A DNA stretch of 64,000 nt from Nitrospirales bacterium (GTDB lineage: Bacteria; Nitrospirota; Nitrospiria; Nitrospirales; UBA8639), in contig CBDBCZ010000018.1 of assembly GCA_965203295.1 (NCBI GenBank), positions 832,001 through 896,000 of the forward strand, written 5' to 3'. The translations under genes were made by a program, and so were the position numbers. Shown here piece by piece: positions 1-13,029 of this stretch. The notes beneath the pieces are model-generated. The model saw only the letters and a list, made by a program, of their open reading frames with translations. It was not told the origin of the DNA and made no database searches. Numbering within the stretch: position 1 is the first letter of the stretch; the number at the start of each line of letters is the position of its first letter.

Positions 1-1481
1 ATGCTTTCTCACATGAATGCTTTAAAGCCAATTTTACAGCCATGAACCCATCCAACTGCCCCAAAACCCTCATTCTCGCTAAGGATGTAGCTAAGGGTGA
101 TTGATGGATAGAGGTGAGGTGGCGTGGTTGATGATTGTGGATGGTTGTTTGTGTCGAAGGAAGTACTGAGTGTGCAGTTGAGTGTGGGGGCATGGTATGG
201 ATTGTTGTTGGTGTGGTTGGAAAGATGTAGGGATGGTAGCTACGTGGTAAATGCATTGCGATGTTATGTGGGGGTAGTCTGCACATGCATTGCGGTGTAC
301 ATTGTCACTTGTTTCATTTGTTTTTGGGGAAGTGTTTTTTGGTGGAAGTGCATCCCTAGCTACATGACTTATTTTACACTTATTGGCAAAGTGCTTTCTC
401 TGGTATATAGGCATTGTAGATGTTGTTAGAATGGAACGTGTTTGATGATATTGCGTGAAAATATGGTTCCGATTTGTATTCCAGTCAGCATCAAGAAGAC
501 CTTTGGCTGTATGTGTATGGGGGGGGGTGGTACTTTGTATGCCGTATGCCTAATAATTTGAGAAAGAAAATCCATATAACCTTTTCTACCCCGTTGCTTG
601 GGCGGACTAAAGACACCGCCTGGGGTTTATCTGTGATATTCCCCCGGAAGTGCATCACTTCCTGAAAAATATATATATATATTTCACAGGAAATGCATCA
701 CTTCCTGGGAAATAACAGAAAGAATAATAGTATGAATAACAAAAATCAACCCGGTAAGCACAATACAAAACCAAGCAACTACAGTGTACAAGCAAGCACA
801 TACCTATATCTATATCACACACCAACTCATCAAATTCTTCGTGTATATACATCCTAGTAATATAAGTAATAAATGGTTTAAGTTCAACATTTGTTTTAAG
901 ATACATGATATTGAATGATCAGCTGCTATTCACTATTATTATATAACAAGTTACAGAAAAAGCACTTTGCTAAAAAGTGCAAAAAACCGGTCATGTAGGG
1001 ATGCACTTTCACCAAAAAACACTGCCCCAAAAACCAATAAAAAAAGCAACAATGTACATCGGAAGGCATGCATAGACTACACACATCACAGTGCAATGCA
1101 TTTACCGCGTAGCTACCATTCCTACATCTTTCCAACCACACCCACCCCAATTGTGTATATGAGATGTAAATAGTGGTAGTGCAGTTGAGTATGGGGTGCA
1201 GCCCTAGACACAATGATTAATTTAACAGTGCCATTTCATGATTACAAAACACAGCATTTGTTGAATGATAACCCTAGCTTACATTTTTGACTTTTTTAGT
1301 TTGTACTTACAATCAATACACCATGCTTTTGTATATCATGGAGTACGGTAGTACTCCATATGTATAGGGATGGCCCTGGAAAAAAATGGCTTCCCCATTA
1401 AATGCGTACAAAATTAAGTGTTCAGGACTCTGTTGTAGGTGTAGTTCATTGTGTTCATGATTTTGACCACTGTTTTGGTGA

Positions 1482-1611
1482 TCAGTCTGTCGCCATGCAT
1501 GCTTTTCGTACCTCACGCATATCAACCACTATCCGGGTTGGAGCAGCCTCAGACTTGACCATATATTCTGGTGGGTCCTCAGGCCCTGAATCCACATCAG
1601 TCAGGGGAACT
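1482..1611 (-). pseudogene. 3'-end remnant of a paralog of the Pmp-like gene
   Basis: 1446-1611 aligns by eye to 3178-3341 and encodes VPLTDVDSGPEDPP...VVDMREVRKACMATD*. 3'-UTR similarity continues at 874-942 (to 2974-3041) and, inverted, at 1208-1335. Confidence 0.8.
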
Positions 1612-1629
1612 TTCATCCACAATTACTAC

Positions 1630-2020
1630 TCCAACAGCATTACGGAGAGGGTTGAACATCTATTGGGATGTGGGTAGGACTAGTAAACAGGTTTTTTTGT
1701 AGTCTCACACCTATCAGGGGGTATGAGCTTCAATAGGCTTACAAACGGTACCCAATAAGGGTTATTGAATGTTTTCCAACTCTCTCCCACAATCTTCATT
1801 ACAACTGAGAAGGATTTACTACTAATCCTGTTGTTTAGATGGAGGCAGGACTAGTGAACTGTTTTTAAAGACTTTCACCTACTAGGGGGGTGTGAGCTTC
1901 AATATTACTTCATAAGCTAATGAAATTGTACTGGACAGGAGTTATTGAATGTCTGCCAGCGTTCACCTACAAATTAATACGATAGCATTCAGTGGAGGAT
2001 TGATCTACTAATCCTGTTTA
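1630..2020. repeat. Diverged tandem duplication, about 170-bp unit
   Basis: GGACTAGT.AAC...GAGCTTCAATA at 1677 and 1848; CTACTAATCCTGTT at about 1819 and 2006. Confidence 0.65.
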
Positions 2021-3212
2021 GTCTCTAGGCTTTAGGAGCCTTCTCACTGACACACAGCAAGTTGGAACTCCCAGAAGCATAGTCATGTCATGCAGTAAAG
2101 CCTGAGTGTGTTGCTATAAGTACCAAAATTTGAAACACAGAGGCCTTCAGACCCAAATGGGTGTTCACAATGGCGTTCATAATACAGTGGTTTCACTGAA
2201 GAGATTATTTTACTCATAATTATGTAAATATCTTGTGGCAACTATAATAGTTTTTTTTTAATTACATAATTACATTTCCTTACCGTTTCTCATATAATTA
2301 TCATAAATCAATAAAAGACCATGGCAAGTCAAGATGGGATCCCCTAAAAGTAACCAGACAAGGTAGGAATAAGACTTTCATCAATTAGTGGATTATCATC
2401 CCTACATTTTGACAAGCACACGCACACTGCAAAACCGTCGTACAGCTCCCTGTATGTTTGGTATACTGGTACAACACTATCATACCTATTTCTCCCCTTC
2501 TCCTCCTTCATTCTTTTACACAGACATTGATATTCAGCACCTGATCATAGCGACATAAATCGGACCACAACTATAGCTATAGTGATTTGCAGTCAGGAAC
2601 GAACTCCATGCAGGTTTTATCAGCTACATGGATTGCCACCCCTGGCTATTATTATTTTCTTCAATGGCAAAACTAATGTTAAAATGTACAGGAGTATGAA
2701 TTCTTTAACCAACAATCATTATAAGATGATTGAAGTGCTATTACCTATAGGTTATAATAGGCAATGTTGAGAACCGGAAGTGATATCAATAAGAATTAGG
2801 TAGTCTAGTATAAATTTTATTGTGACAATGAAAAAATGTAATAGTTATGCATTAATATTGAAAGACACTAAACACATGAACATGAAGGATTACTAACAGT
2901 GTAATAATATGCTAAAATGCTAACGTTCTAACTAAGTGATGGTTGTGGATTGAAAGATATAATCATAATTAGAAGGTTTAAGTTCAATTATGTCTTAAGA
3001 TACATGACATTGAATGATCAGCTGCTATTTACTATTATTATGTGTATACAAAAGCACCGTGTATTGATTGTAAGTACAAACTAAAAGTGTCAAAAATGTA
3101 AGCGAAGTGATTCCGTAATAGCTATCATTCAACAATTGCTGTGTTCAGTAATCATGAAGTGGCACTGTTAAAAATAATCATTGTGTTCATGATTTGACCA
3201 CTGTTTTGGTGA

Positions 3213-6200
3213 TCAGTCTGTTGCCATGCATGCTTCTCGTAACTCACGCATATCAACCACTGTCCGGGTTGGAGCAGCCCCTGACAGGAACACACGGTCT
3301 GGTGGGTCCTCAGGCCCTGAGTCCACATCAGTCAGGGGAACTCTCACATAGGCAGGCCTCTGGTGCCATCTCCTCCACATCCTGGTACTTTTGAATTGCT
3401 CAGCAGAGTGGTAGATTAAAATCCCAGTGAATGTTGCAAAAGCTATGCCAACTGAGGTGAATGTAACAGCATTCTGGTTGCCTCCACTGGCACGTATGTA
3501 CAAAGTGGCCAAAGAAAGGATGGTCAGGTTGATGATAAAGGATGTTTCAAGGAGGCCAAGGCTCCATGTCTTGTAGATTCGGCAACCAAGTATGGTAGGA
3601 AGTATTAACACTGTAATAGTCACAACAGCCAGAAGGTTAATATTAGGGTCTCCAAGAGCATTGACTGCAGAGATAAGAAACAAAACAAGGCGAAGTAAAA
3701 GCATTAGTCCAGTCCAGTAGCGGTGTTTGTTAGTGTAGGGGGCATGGTAGGCATCTAGGAAAGGTTTGACATAGCGACTGTTGATGTGAGAGAAGATCAT
3801 TAAATGTGAGTTGGCTTGGAGCCATTGGCTGAAGATCAGCAGCAATGTATAGGGGAGAAACAGGATAATCAGGCAAGAAATCCCAGCAGTGAACAGTGGA
3901 ATGTGCTTGCCACTGAGGTATCTAACATTCCCATCATATAGCCACACAGCAAACTGTAAATTATTGGGATACTCAAGGGATGTAAAAGAAAGTGCAGCAA
4001 TAATAGTGCGGAGCAGTTTGGCATACGAGAGCAGAAAGAGAGTGGCCAGTACAGCAATTGGATTCCGTCCAAATATACTGGCTACTCTCCCTGAGTAGTA
4101 GCTGCCAACTATTATCAATCCCACCAGAACACACACATACAGGGGGAATGCAAACTGCATCCACGTTTTGCATACACATCCATTCCTGTGTAGAAGCAAG
4201 TTTCAATTCCGAGGTCCAAGTTTAGCCAAGCTAGGAAAACACTAAAGATTTTTGCTATCAGCCATATTGGAACACTTGTCATTTTGCTTTGAGGCTGGAA
4301 GAATATTGCTGAGTTCACCGCTATAATATTTGCATAAAAGATTAATCCATTGATGGTTCCAGCTGCAACTGTCAGCCTCAGGACAAGAAGTAAGACCACT
4401 AGTGCAATGCCAGCAAATGCAAATGCAGCTAAAAGTGAAAGATAATGATTGGAGCACTGCAAGCAGCGAGAGCTGCCAAATACAAGGCTCAGGTTTTCAC
4501 TGCATCTTCCACACAGTAAACCACTCCTGTTATAGTTACACTGTTGGTCACTGTCATTGACTGCCAAGTATGTTTCTTCTGATGTGCAGTAATCGAAGGG
4601 ACAATTTGGATGAAGAATCAAACCTTTGGAATCATTGTCACTGTCATAGCCTACCCAAAAGTCAACATTGCGTTCACGTAACACTGTTTCGTTGTCGACT
4701 AAGCACGTGTTTGTAAATTTTTGAAGTCTCTCACCACAAATGCATATTGGATCATTCTTTGATAGAGAAAAGCCAGGAGGACAGTATTGAATGTTCACAG
4801 TAACTTTAAGGGTGTTAGTCTGAGTGGGTGAACAAGGACCTTCAGCGTAAAGAATAATATCTTGAGTGGTACCAGTTGCATGTGAATGTATGGTGTACTT
4901 GAGGGTATTAGAAGTGTTATTAATGTTTTGAGAATATTCAAGATTGCTAACACTCACATTGTTAGATGTGCCAACAACTTGTATCACGGCTGCGCTTGTA
5001 CCATTTCTTTGCCCTTGTGAAATGACTGGAATCTCCAGTGTTCCCCCAGGATATACAGGCTCAGGGTGGTAGGAACCACTACAGTTTGATACACCATTTC
5101 TGCAAGTACAGATATTCAGTGGTTCAGAAGAAATAGCTGATTTGTTTTCACTCACTACATTATAAAAATATCCACTAATAGCTGTCGAACCATGATAAAA
5201 TAAATTGAACTTGAAGCCATTGATTTTACAGTTGTCAACTGAGCCACCATGCAAGTCAGTACCTCCTTCTACAGCTGTGTTGCTGTCAAAGTACATCCTG
5301 ATATTGAGGGAATCGGCATATTCCTTAGCTTGGTCAAAAGTATACAGTGATGTACTTGATTCTATAATTTGAAAGAAACACTCACTGTTGCTCACATAAA
5401 AAGATGTTGTAAGAGGAATGCAGTACGTTAATGGGTCGCTTTCTTCCACCTTGATGGCACCTCCAGTACTCATAGCACTGTTGCTTGTAAAGTGAACAGC
5501 TGAACCTGACTGCTGGTAGAGTTTAGAATTACCAGATAGTAGGAGTCCTCCACCATTCATAGCTGAATTTTTTGTAATGATTGTTGTATTATCCACAAAG
5601 AAAATAGTGCTCATAGATGCGTAAATACCTCCTCCTCCTTCACTTGCAGAATTTATTGAGATGATAGCAGTTCCATTAAATTCTGTGTTGTGTAAATACA
5701 GCCCTCCACCATATATGGCTCCGTTGTTCTGAAAGGTGATTTCAAAAACTTTCAGTTGACTATCCACTGCAGCCATACCTCCACCATACTTTGCTCTGTT
5801 ATTATCAATTGTAATATTATGCATTTCTATTATGCTGTTGCCAGTTGCAAGGACTGCACCACCCTGGAATTGTGCATAATTGTTAGGGAAGTGATCATCA
5901 GCGAAGGTTACATGGCTTCCATCCATGTGTAAAGTACCCCCAAAGGCCGCATGGTTGTTTTTAAAATGATTTCCTATGGAATGAAGGATGCCATAAAATA
6001 CATAAACTGCTCCTGCGGAATCATAAGCAGTGTTGTTCAGGAATGTGTTCCTTGTGAGGTTCACATTGCCTTCCGATACAGAAAGTGCTCCTCCATCAAC
6101 ATCAGCAGTATTGTACTGGAATGTACTTCGTGTCAAATTGAGCATGGCATGAAAAGCACTAAGTGCTCCCCCACGAATACCAGCAGAGTTGTACTTGAAT

Positions 6201-7066
6201 GTGTTCTCTGACAGGTTGTGGGTACCATACTCTACACGAAGTGCTCCTCCCGTAGCACCAGCAGAGTTGTTCTGGAATGTGTTTTCTAGGAGGATGAGCA
6301 TGTCAATTATCGCAAGAAGTGCTCCTCCATCTATCCTGACAGAGTTGTTCTGGAATGTGTTCCCTGTAAGGTTGAGGGTGCCACCCTCTACACGAAGTGC
6401 TCCTCCTGTAACGGCTGAGTTGTTGTAGAAAGTGCATCCTGTGACGGTAAGAGTGCTATATGCTACATCAAGTGCTCCTCCCGAAAATTTTTCTGGAGGA
6501 GAGTAGTTGTAGAAAGTGTTTGGTGTAAGAGTGCTATCCTCTACATACGGTGCTCCAACTTGTAAGACAATATTATAGTCGCTGATGCAGGTCTGGAAGG
6601 TGCAATCAGATATCTCACACTGTTGTACTGACCGCATATGTATTGCTGCACTGTAGGGGTGACCACATGAAATGAAGGCCAGTGCACTAATGTGCAGCTC
6701 ACCGATCTTGGTAAAGACAAACCCGGCTGGCCAGGTACATACAATCCTACTGCTGACCTCTGGGAGAGAGGATGGATCTCCTTGAAGGGTGAGCTTTTGC
6801 AAAATTGTCATGGTGATGGTCTGCCCGAGGGTATGATTGCCAGGAAGGAACTCCATTGTTGTATTCACTGTGAGATTATCGAAGTATTCAATGGCTACAT
6901 ACTCAGAGAGAGTGTGGCAGGGCTCTCCAGGACATGGTGTATTTGGTGAGGGTGTGACGTAGAAGCTACTCTCACCAGAGCATGAGGTCAGTAGTACGAG
7001 AATGATTGAGAGCTTCTGCCATGTCAGCAGTAGTGCTGTGGAAACGTGTTCCATAAGCATGTGCAT
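3213..7066 (-). CDS. Intronless Pmp-like (GGA[LIV]/FxNN beta-helix repeat) multi-pass membrane protein, about 1284 aa, split by one 1-nt frameshift at 4166-4169
   Basis: ORF 4115..7066 has a signal-peptide-like N-terminus, the motif FYVTPSPNTPCPGEPCHTLSEY, more than 10 GGAL/FxNN repeats, a Cys-rich region and the first TM helices. ORF 3213..4199 supplies about 7 more hydrophobic helices. Adding one A to GCAAAACGTGG joins them as ETCFYTGMDVYAK-TWMQFAFPLYV. Confidence 0.85.
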
Positions 7067-7301
7067 GGTTGCTTAGTTACTTGATATCTGAATCGATATC
7101 CTATGTGAATAAGAATAAGCGATTTAGTCTAATAATATGGCTTCACTGTGGGAGTGCTAATACAAGATTATGACAGGGAAGTCCAGACACTCAATGATGT
7201 TTGCACTAGCTTATGAATTAGTTGATACTCAATTCACTGTGTACATTAATGATTGCCCACTTTCAAAATAGCTATTTGAAATCATTTAAGTGGCTATTAC
7301 G

Positions 7302-7651
7302 TAATATTTCGATACCAGCTGGCAGTGCATTACGGGATATAGGTAGCGCGCAAGGACAATTAAGTAACGGTCGAGGGCGGATAATACATGAGTCGAAGGC
7401 GAGTGCATTATCTGCCCGAAACTGTTATTAATTGTCCGAGTGCACTAACTAGTCCCGTAAGTGCACTGCCAACTGGTATCTAAAGTATTTAGTTCTCTCA
7501 CTGACCTCAGACAGCCACGTTGGGCGTCATTTAGAAAAGTGTGCACTAATTTGTTAATGCACACTTAAGTGTGCACTACACGATTTAATGCGCAGTCATG
7601 TGATCAATTTTGGGATTTCTGATTCGTCGAAGGTTACATGAATAGCACTAA
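7302..7651 (+). mobile_element. Hairpin element family B, copy 1
   Basis: About 170-nt hairpin 7311-7480 followed by a tail shared with 13084-13469 and 45861-46172. Confidence 0.8.
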
Positions 7652-7684
7652 TGCTATGGTAGCTAGCTACCTCTGCCGGTCTTG

Positions 7685-8750
7685 TTGTTCACGGGGTCTT
7701 CAACACACAATACCTACTATCAGATTCACAGCCTGGCATAAAACCTTTTTGTTGTGCTGGTAGTTTACTACCCACATAGTTGGTCTTATCAAGTTGTTTT
7801 TTAGCTTCAGGATGATGATCACAGTAGAAAAACAGTGTTTTTGACAATATTTCTCCTACATGCAGTTATATGCCCAGACCATCAGGGTACGAGACTTTGT
7901 TGGATCGTGCATGGGCCAGAAAGTGTCATTTAGCTTCCCCACATGCAATCAGTAAAGACTAGAATACATGTATTTACAGTTTTCCATTCGTATCATTAGC
8001 TGCCAATGATTGAAAGGCAGATAATTACGACTGCATTCAAGTTATAAATTAACTGCAACCTCTCATTCAGTTCATGTGCTACTCCAAATCACACAAGTCA
8101 TGTTCTACATTTTCATTTCATTTGTATAGGCTTTCTAGGCGCATGCTGGCAAACGTCCTGCAGTGATAACGCCAAGTGTAGCTGCAGCAGATTTAGCAGC
8201 ATGCAGACTTACCAATACATAAAGTAACCACTTATTGTTCATGGAGTCTTCAACACACAATACCTGCTATCAGAATCACGGCCTAGCATTAAAACTTTTG
8301 CTGTACTGGTAGTTTACTACACATTATAGTTAGTTACATGCCCAAACCGTCTGAGTACGAAACTATGTTGGTTCGTGCTATGGACCAGACATTGTCATTT
8401 AGTTTCCCTACATGCAATCATGTGTAATTATATGTACTTACATAATACTCATGCAAATGATCTGTATTCACGATGCAATCAGTGATGACGAGATTACATG
8501 TATTTCCAGTTTTCCATTCGTATCATTAGCTGCCAATGATTGAAGGGTAGTTACTTTGCACGGCTGCATCAGAGTTGTAATAAAACTGAAAACTGTCATA
8601 GCTAGCTACTGTTCATGAGCACCTCACACAAGAGAATATGTCATGTTCTAGATTTCCATTTTATTTTTCTAGACGTATGCTGGCAGACGTCCTGCAGCGA
8701 TAGCGCCAAGTGTAGCAGCAGATTTAGTAGCAGAATTACTAATACAGTAG
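7685..8750. repeat. Diverged tandem duplication, about 550-bp unit
   Basis: 7685-8220 and 8235-8750 share collinear blocks, e.g. GTCTTCAACACACAATACCT and TTTCCATTCGTATCATTAGCTGCCAATGATTGAA. Confidence 0.8.
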
Positions 8751-9352
8751 CTAACCTCGAAACATCCTCACCCACACTTCATTTCACAGCTTTCAAGAAA
8801 ATCTTCAAGTTTGCTAGATAAATCTGTGCAGAGGCTTCTGCAGCTCTTATTTTGCCCTTCGTGCAGTAGATCCCGCGATGTTAGCTAGCTACTTGTAACT
8901 ATAACCGTTAGATATATACTGCACTTGAACATAATTTTGTTTTGCTTGCCCAGTATGGCTAGCTAGCCACCCAGCAAATAATTATGCCTAGGCATAGCTA
9001 TAGATGGTCTAACCGGGGTAAAGTCCTCCCAGGTCCTTCACTCTCAGGATCGATGATCGATGTACGCTACCTCAGGACGATAGAGAAAAGTATTCTAATT
9101 ACAGCGCTGTGCACCGCTCCACTAATTGGATACGCCATCGATAGCTATTTTTGGGCGGTGCTAACTAAAATGAACGAATTAATTTCAGTTTTGCTGTAGC
9201 TGCGTCTTATTTCTGTTGTACGCCGCAGTACTAATTGTGAGCGGTCACTTCGGATACGGTACGGCTACAATATCAAAGCATGGTGGTATCTGGTCGCGGA
9301 AAAACGAGAGTCTAGCAAGTCATAGCTCGCAACTCAGTTGCGAAACCGTCTA

Positions 9353-9598
9353 CAAATCATTATGTCACAATGGTTTGGTCTCGTACTCCGGCCAATAGCT
9401 ACCTGGGCCAGGACTGCTAACGGGGGATGTCCCGTTCTTCAATGTAAGTTTTCACTTACTTATGAAACAGTTCGCAAATCATTATGTCACAATGGTTTGA
9501 TCTCGTACTCCGACCAATAGCTACCTGGGCCAGGACTGCTAACGGGGGATGTCCCGTTCTTCAATGTAAGTTTTCACTTACTTATGAAACAGTTCGCA
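9353..9598. repeat. Tandem duplication, 122 bp x2
   Basis: Units start at 9353 and 9475; two substitutions seen. Confidence 0.9.
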
Positions 9599-10191
9599 TT
9601 CTATTCACTGTTTGTAAAGTACCTTTACATAGTTATGAAATAGTTTGCACTCCATTCACTATGTGTAAAGTAATGCTGCTTGCGCGCTTATATAACTGCT
9701 ACACGTATTTGAACTCATTTTATTGGCCATGGTTGATTTACAGTAATTAGTGCTGTAGCCTTCAATACCGGCTACCAAATTCATTGCCCAGCTTAAATTC
9801 TTTTTGCTGTGCAGGTGGTCTACTACCCATATAGTAGGACTTACCAAGTCTTTTCAGCTGATTTTCAGCGTCAGGGTGATCAGTGGCTGGAGTCTTAGTT
9901 CAGTACGAAACAAATTACTCACACGACCAAGCTTATACAATAGAAGTAAGTAACCATCCAGTTCCTTTACTGGCTTGTCCAGTGTCAAAATATAAATGCT
10001 GGCTTGTTCAGTTTTAATAACCATTCATCAATTTTGACTAATGTACTGCAGAGGTTAAAACAACCTTTTTAGTTGAAACAAGCATACAATCAACGCCTGA
10101 GATTGTTTTAACTCTGATATAACATCCTATTTGAAAATATCACAAGATACCATTAGGTTATACCTATACATTACTGTATGCTTAAGTAATA

Positions 10192-11429
10192 TCATGGAGT
10201 ACGGTAGTACTCCATATGTAGGGATGGCACAGGAAAAAAATGGCGGCCCCATATAGCGCGTACAAAATCATACGCTCAGAACTCGGCTCTGATTATAGTC
10301 ACAGAGTTTTATGAGCCATACCATGGCATCTCGAGTGTTTTCATCAGCAACAAGACTGTTAGCGTTGCTAGAAAGCTTCGCTGGAGTACCAAACCGGCAA
10401 GTCGACACACTCGGGGGGCGGGGCGTAATCGTACACTTCTTTCTGATTCTGATTCTTCTTTCTTCAGGCAGGCTAGCTCAATAACGGCTGAAGCAATCAC
10501 AATAATTCAAGCGCGAACAAGCTGGATATTCTCTGGGGTATTGCACTCGCAGCATAGCTTTTCCATAGAAATCGAAAAGTTTTAGCAGTGATTCACGAGT
10601 ACTCTCGAGTGGACGCTTGCCGTTTTACGCCATTTAATTTTACTGTTCCGTTCCGTTCCGGGTTTAGAAACCGCAGACTTCACGTGTTCGTCTATTTAAC
10701 GCCTACCTTTGATCATGCCAGCTAGCTGTCGGGTACATCTCCTGGTTCTTTACTTTGTAAGTCACCTTACCCCGTTCTCTGGGCCTTCCTGTCTGCCTTT
10801 GTTCTGTTTCGTGAGCTACTGTTGTTCACTTGCTATACAAGCACAGGCAGAAAAGCCTTGTAAGTGGGGTTTATCGTGTCCAGACAACCCCTACCATCTG
10901 GACACCCCCTCACTTACTCTACTGGAGTGGGGCAGGCAGCTATTCGTCTTTGTGACACTAGAAACTGCGATACATATCTTTGTCTTGGTGATAATTTGCA
11001 ATTCAACATCAGTCACTAACCAGGCTGTTAGCACTGCTAAAGAACATCTCTGAAGCACTAAAGCAGCAAGTGGTTAAACCACCGAATGGTCTATCTTCAT
11101 TTTAGTCTTCATTTAATCAGACTAGCACAACAATAGGTGAAGCGATTCCAACACGAACGGGCATGATTGACCCTCAGGTAGTGCCTTTCGGTCATAGCAT
11201 TTTCAAAGAACTCGAATTACGTAAGTTAGCAGTGTTAAGGAGCAATCTTGAGTGGGCGCTTGCTACTCATAGGCCATTTTATGGCAAGATACGCATGCAC
11301 AGACTGCCTGCCAGCACGCGTTGGTCTATTTAAAGCCTATATTTGATCGTGCTGGTCGGTCCTTTGTTACTGAGTGAAAGTGTAAAGTGCATGAAAGCAA
11401 GGTCATGCATTTATTCATGTATTTGCTAG
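10192..11429 (+). mobile_element. Non-autonomous Helitron-like element
   Basis: A|TC start shared by four copies (1336, 10192, 62092, 63136) with unrelated upstream flanks. 3' hairpin TGCATGA-n8-TCATGCA followed by CTAG|T at 11426-11430. No TSD. Confidence 0.6.
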
Positions 11430-11639
11430 TCTTTATAGAATTACAAGGTACTTTACATGCAGTATGCCTAATGATTTGAGGAAGAAAAGGGCCTAGAATA
11501 AACGATGTACATTCAAAACCAACAAAGTATAAAAGCAGCTGCTAGAGCAACTTCCCGCACTAACTATATAGTGCTGACCCTGACAAGAAAAGTGCAGCCT
11601 CACGTGCCAGTTACATAGCTGAACTTGACAAGAGACCTT

Positions 11640-12724
11640 CCTCCCCCCCCCATGCACATGCGGGCGAAGGTCTTCCTGATGCTGACTGGAGTACAAATCG
11701 AAACCTATACTACGCACAACATCCTAAAACACGACCCATTCCACCACACACATTTACACCTACGCATGTTACCATCTCCCAAAAAACTCCCCAAAACAAG
11801 TTACAGAAAAAGCACTTTTCCAAAAAGTGCAAAAACAAGTCATGTAGGGATGGACTTCCACCAAAAAACACTTCCCCAAAAACCAATGAAACAAGCGACA
11901 ATGCACGTGCATCGCAATGCATGCACAGACTACCCACACATCACAGCGCAATGCATTTATTGCGTAGCTACCATCCCTACATCTTTCCAACCACACCCAC
12001 CACTATCCGCACCACACCCCCATACTCAACTGCACACCCAATACTTCCTTCAACACACACCACCATCTACAATCATCACCATCATATACCACCCTTACAT
12101 CCTTATCCACAACCATTATACATAGCTACTTCACCAAACACAGCACCCCACACTACAACCATAAACCTTCACAGGAATGTTAGCTACCCCATCAAAATGC
12201 ACTTCGCTCCATAAATCCCACATTCACAAGCACAAACCAAGCAGAGCAATCCCTCACATCAACCACCATACTCAACAAAGTTGACAACACTCAATCTACA
12301 CTACATAGACGTCCACTACGAAGAACCTGCACACTCACAAACTTCATCACACTCAACAACCAAAGTCCCTATACAAACATGACTCCACCCTCAATGACTC
12401 ACTAGTCCAATATGTAAACCATGAACACTTTCAGCTACCTTCCACAACCTCCAACGCACTCAGTCATTAGCAATACACACATACACACCAATTTTAAATT
12501 ACACCACCACTATTCACCTCTCATGCACATATACACGATTGTGGTGGGTGTGGTTGGAAAGATGTAGGGATGGTAGCTACGCAATAAATGCATTGCGCTG
12601 TGATGTGTGGGTAGTCTGTGCATGCATTGCGATGCACGTGCATTGTCGCTTGTTTCATTGGTTTTTGGGGAAGTGTTTTTTGGTGGAAGTCCATCCCTAC
12701 ATGACTTGTTTTTGCACTTTTTGG
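11640..12724. mobile_element. Foldback-type element with long inverted arms
   Basis: Perfect 184-bp inverted repeat 11820-12003 / 12541-12724 around a 537-bp C/A-rich spacer. Related fragments at about 95-530, 943-1200 and 29200-29450. Confidence 0.75.
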
Positions 12725-13029
12725 CAAAGTGTTATAACTAAGTTTGTTTCAACTCAGCCATGCAGTCAAGTATATGGGCTTATGGGAGTTCATGACGCAT
12801 ATATGCGTCATTAGTTGGCAAAGAGTTAATTAATTAATACACAGATATATCATCTACATATCCATGTGTCGTGTTATTACATACAGCCATCATAGAACAG
12901 ATTCATTAAACTTACGTACAATCAAATCCACTTCACCAAGCATACCACCCCCTACAAACACCCTGATTCAATCCTCAATTGAATGTTTTCTGCAGACACA
13001 TACACATATTCACAACATTGACACTAACA

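Noticed and set aside
4160..4175. Programmed -1 ribosomal frameshift
   Set aside because: There is no X_XXY_YYZ slippery heptamer; a simple homopolymer indel explains it.
4115..7066. Bacterial (chlamydial Pmp) gene or contamination
   Set aside because: It has no autotransporter barrel, has a Cys-rich stalk and multi-TM C-terminus, and is embedded among eukaryotic repeats with local paralog remnants.
91..12814. ORFs 91..414, 124..429, 11625..12125, 12521..12727 as genes
   Set aside because: They are translations of the low-complexity foldback repeat, open on both strands, with no domain-like signal.
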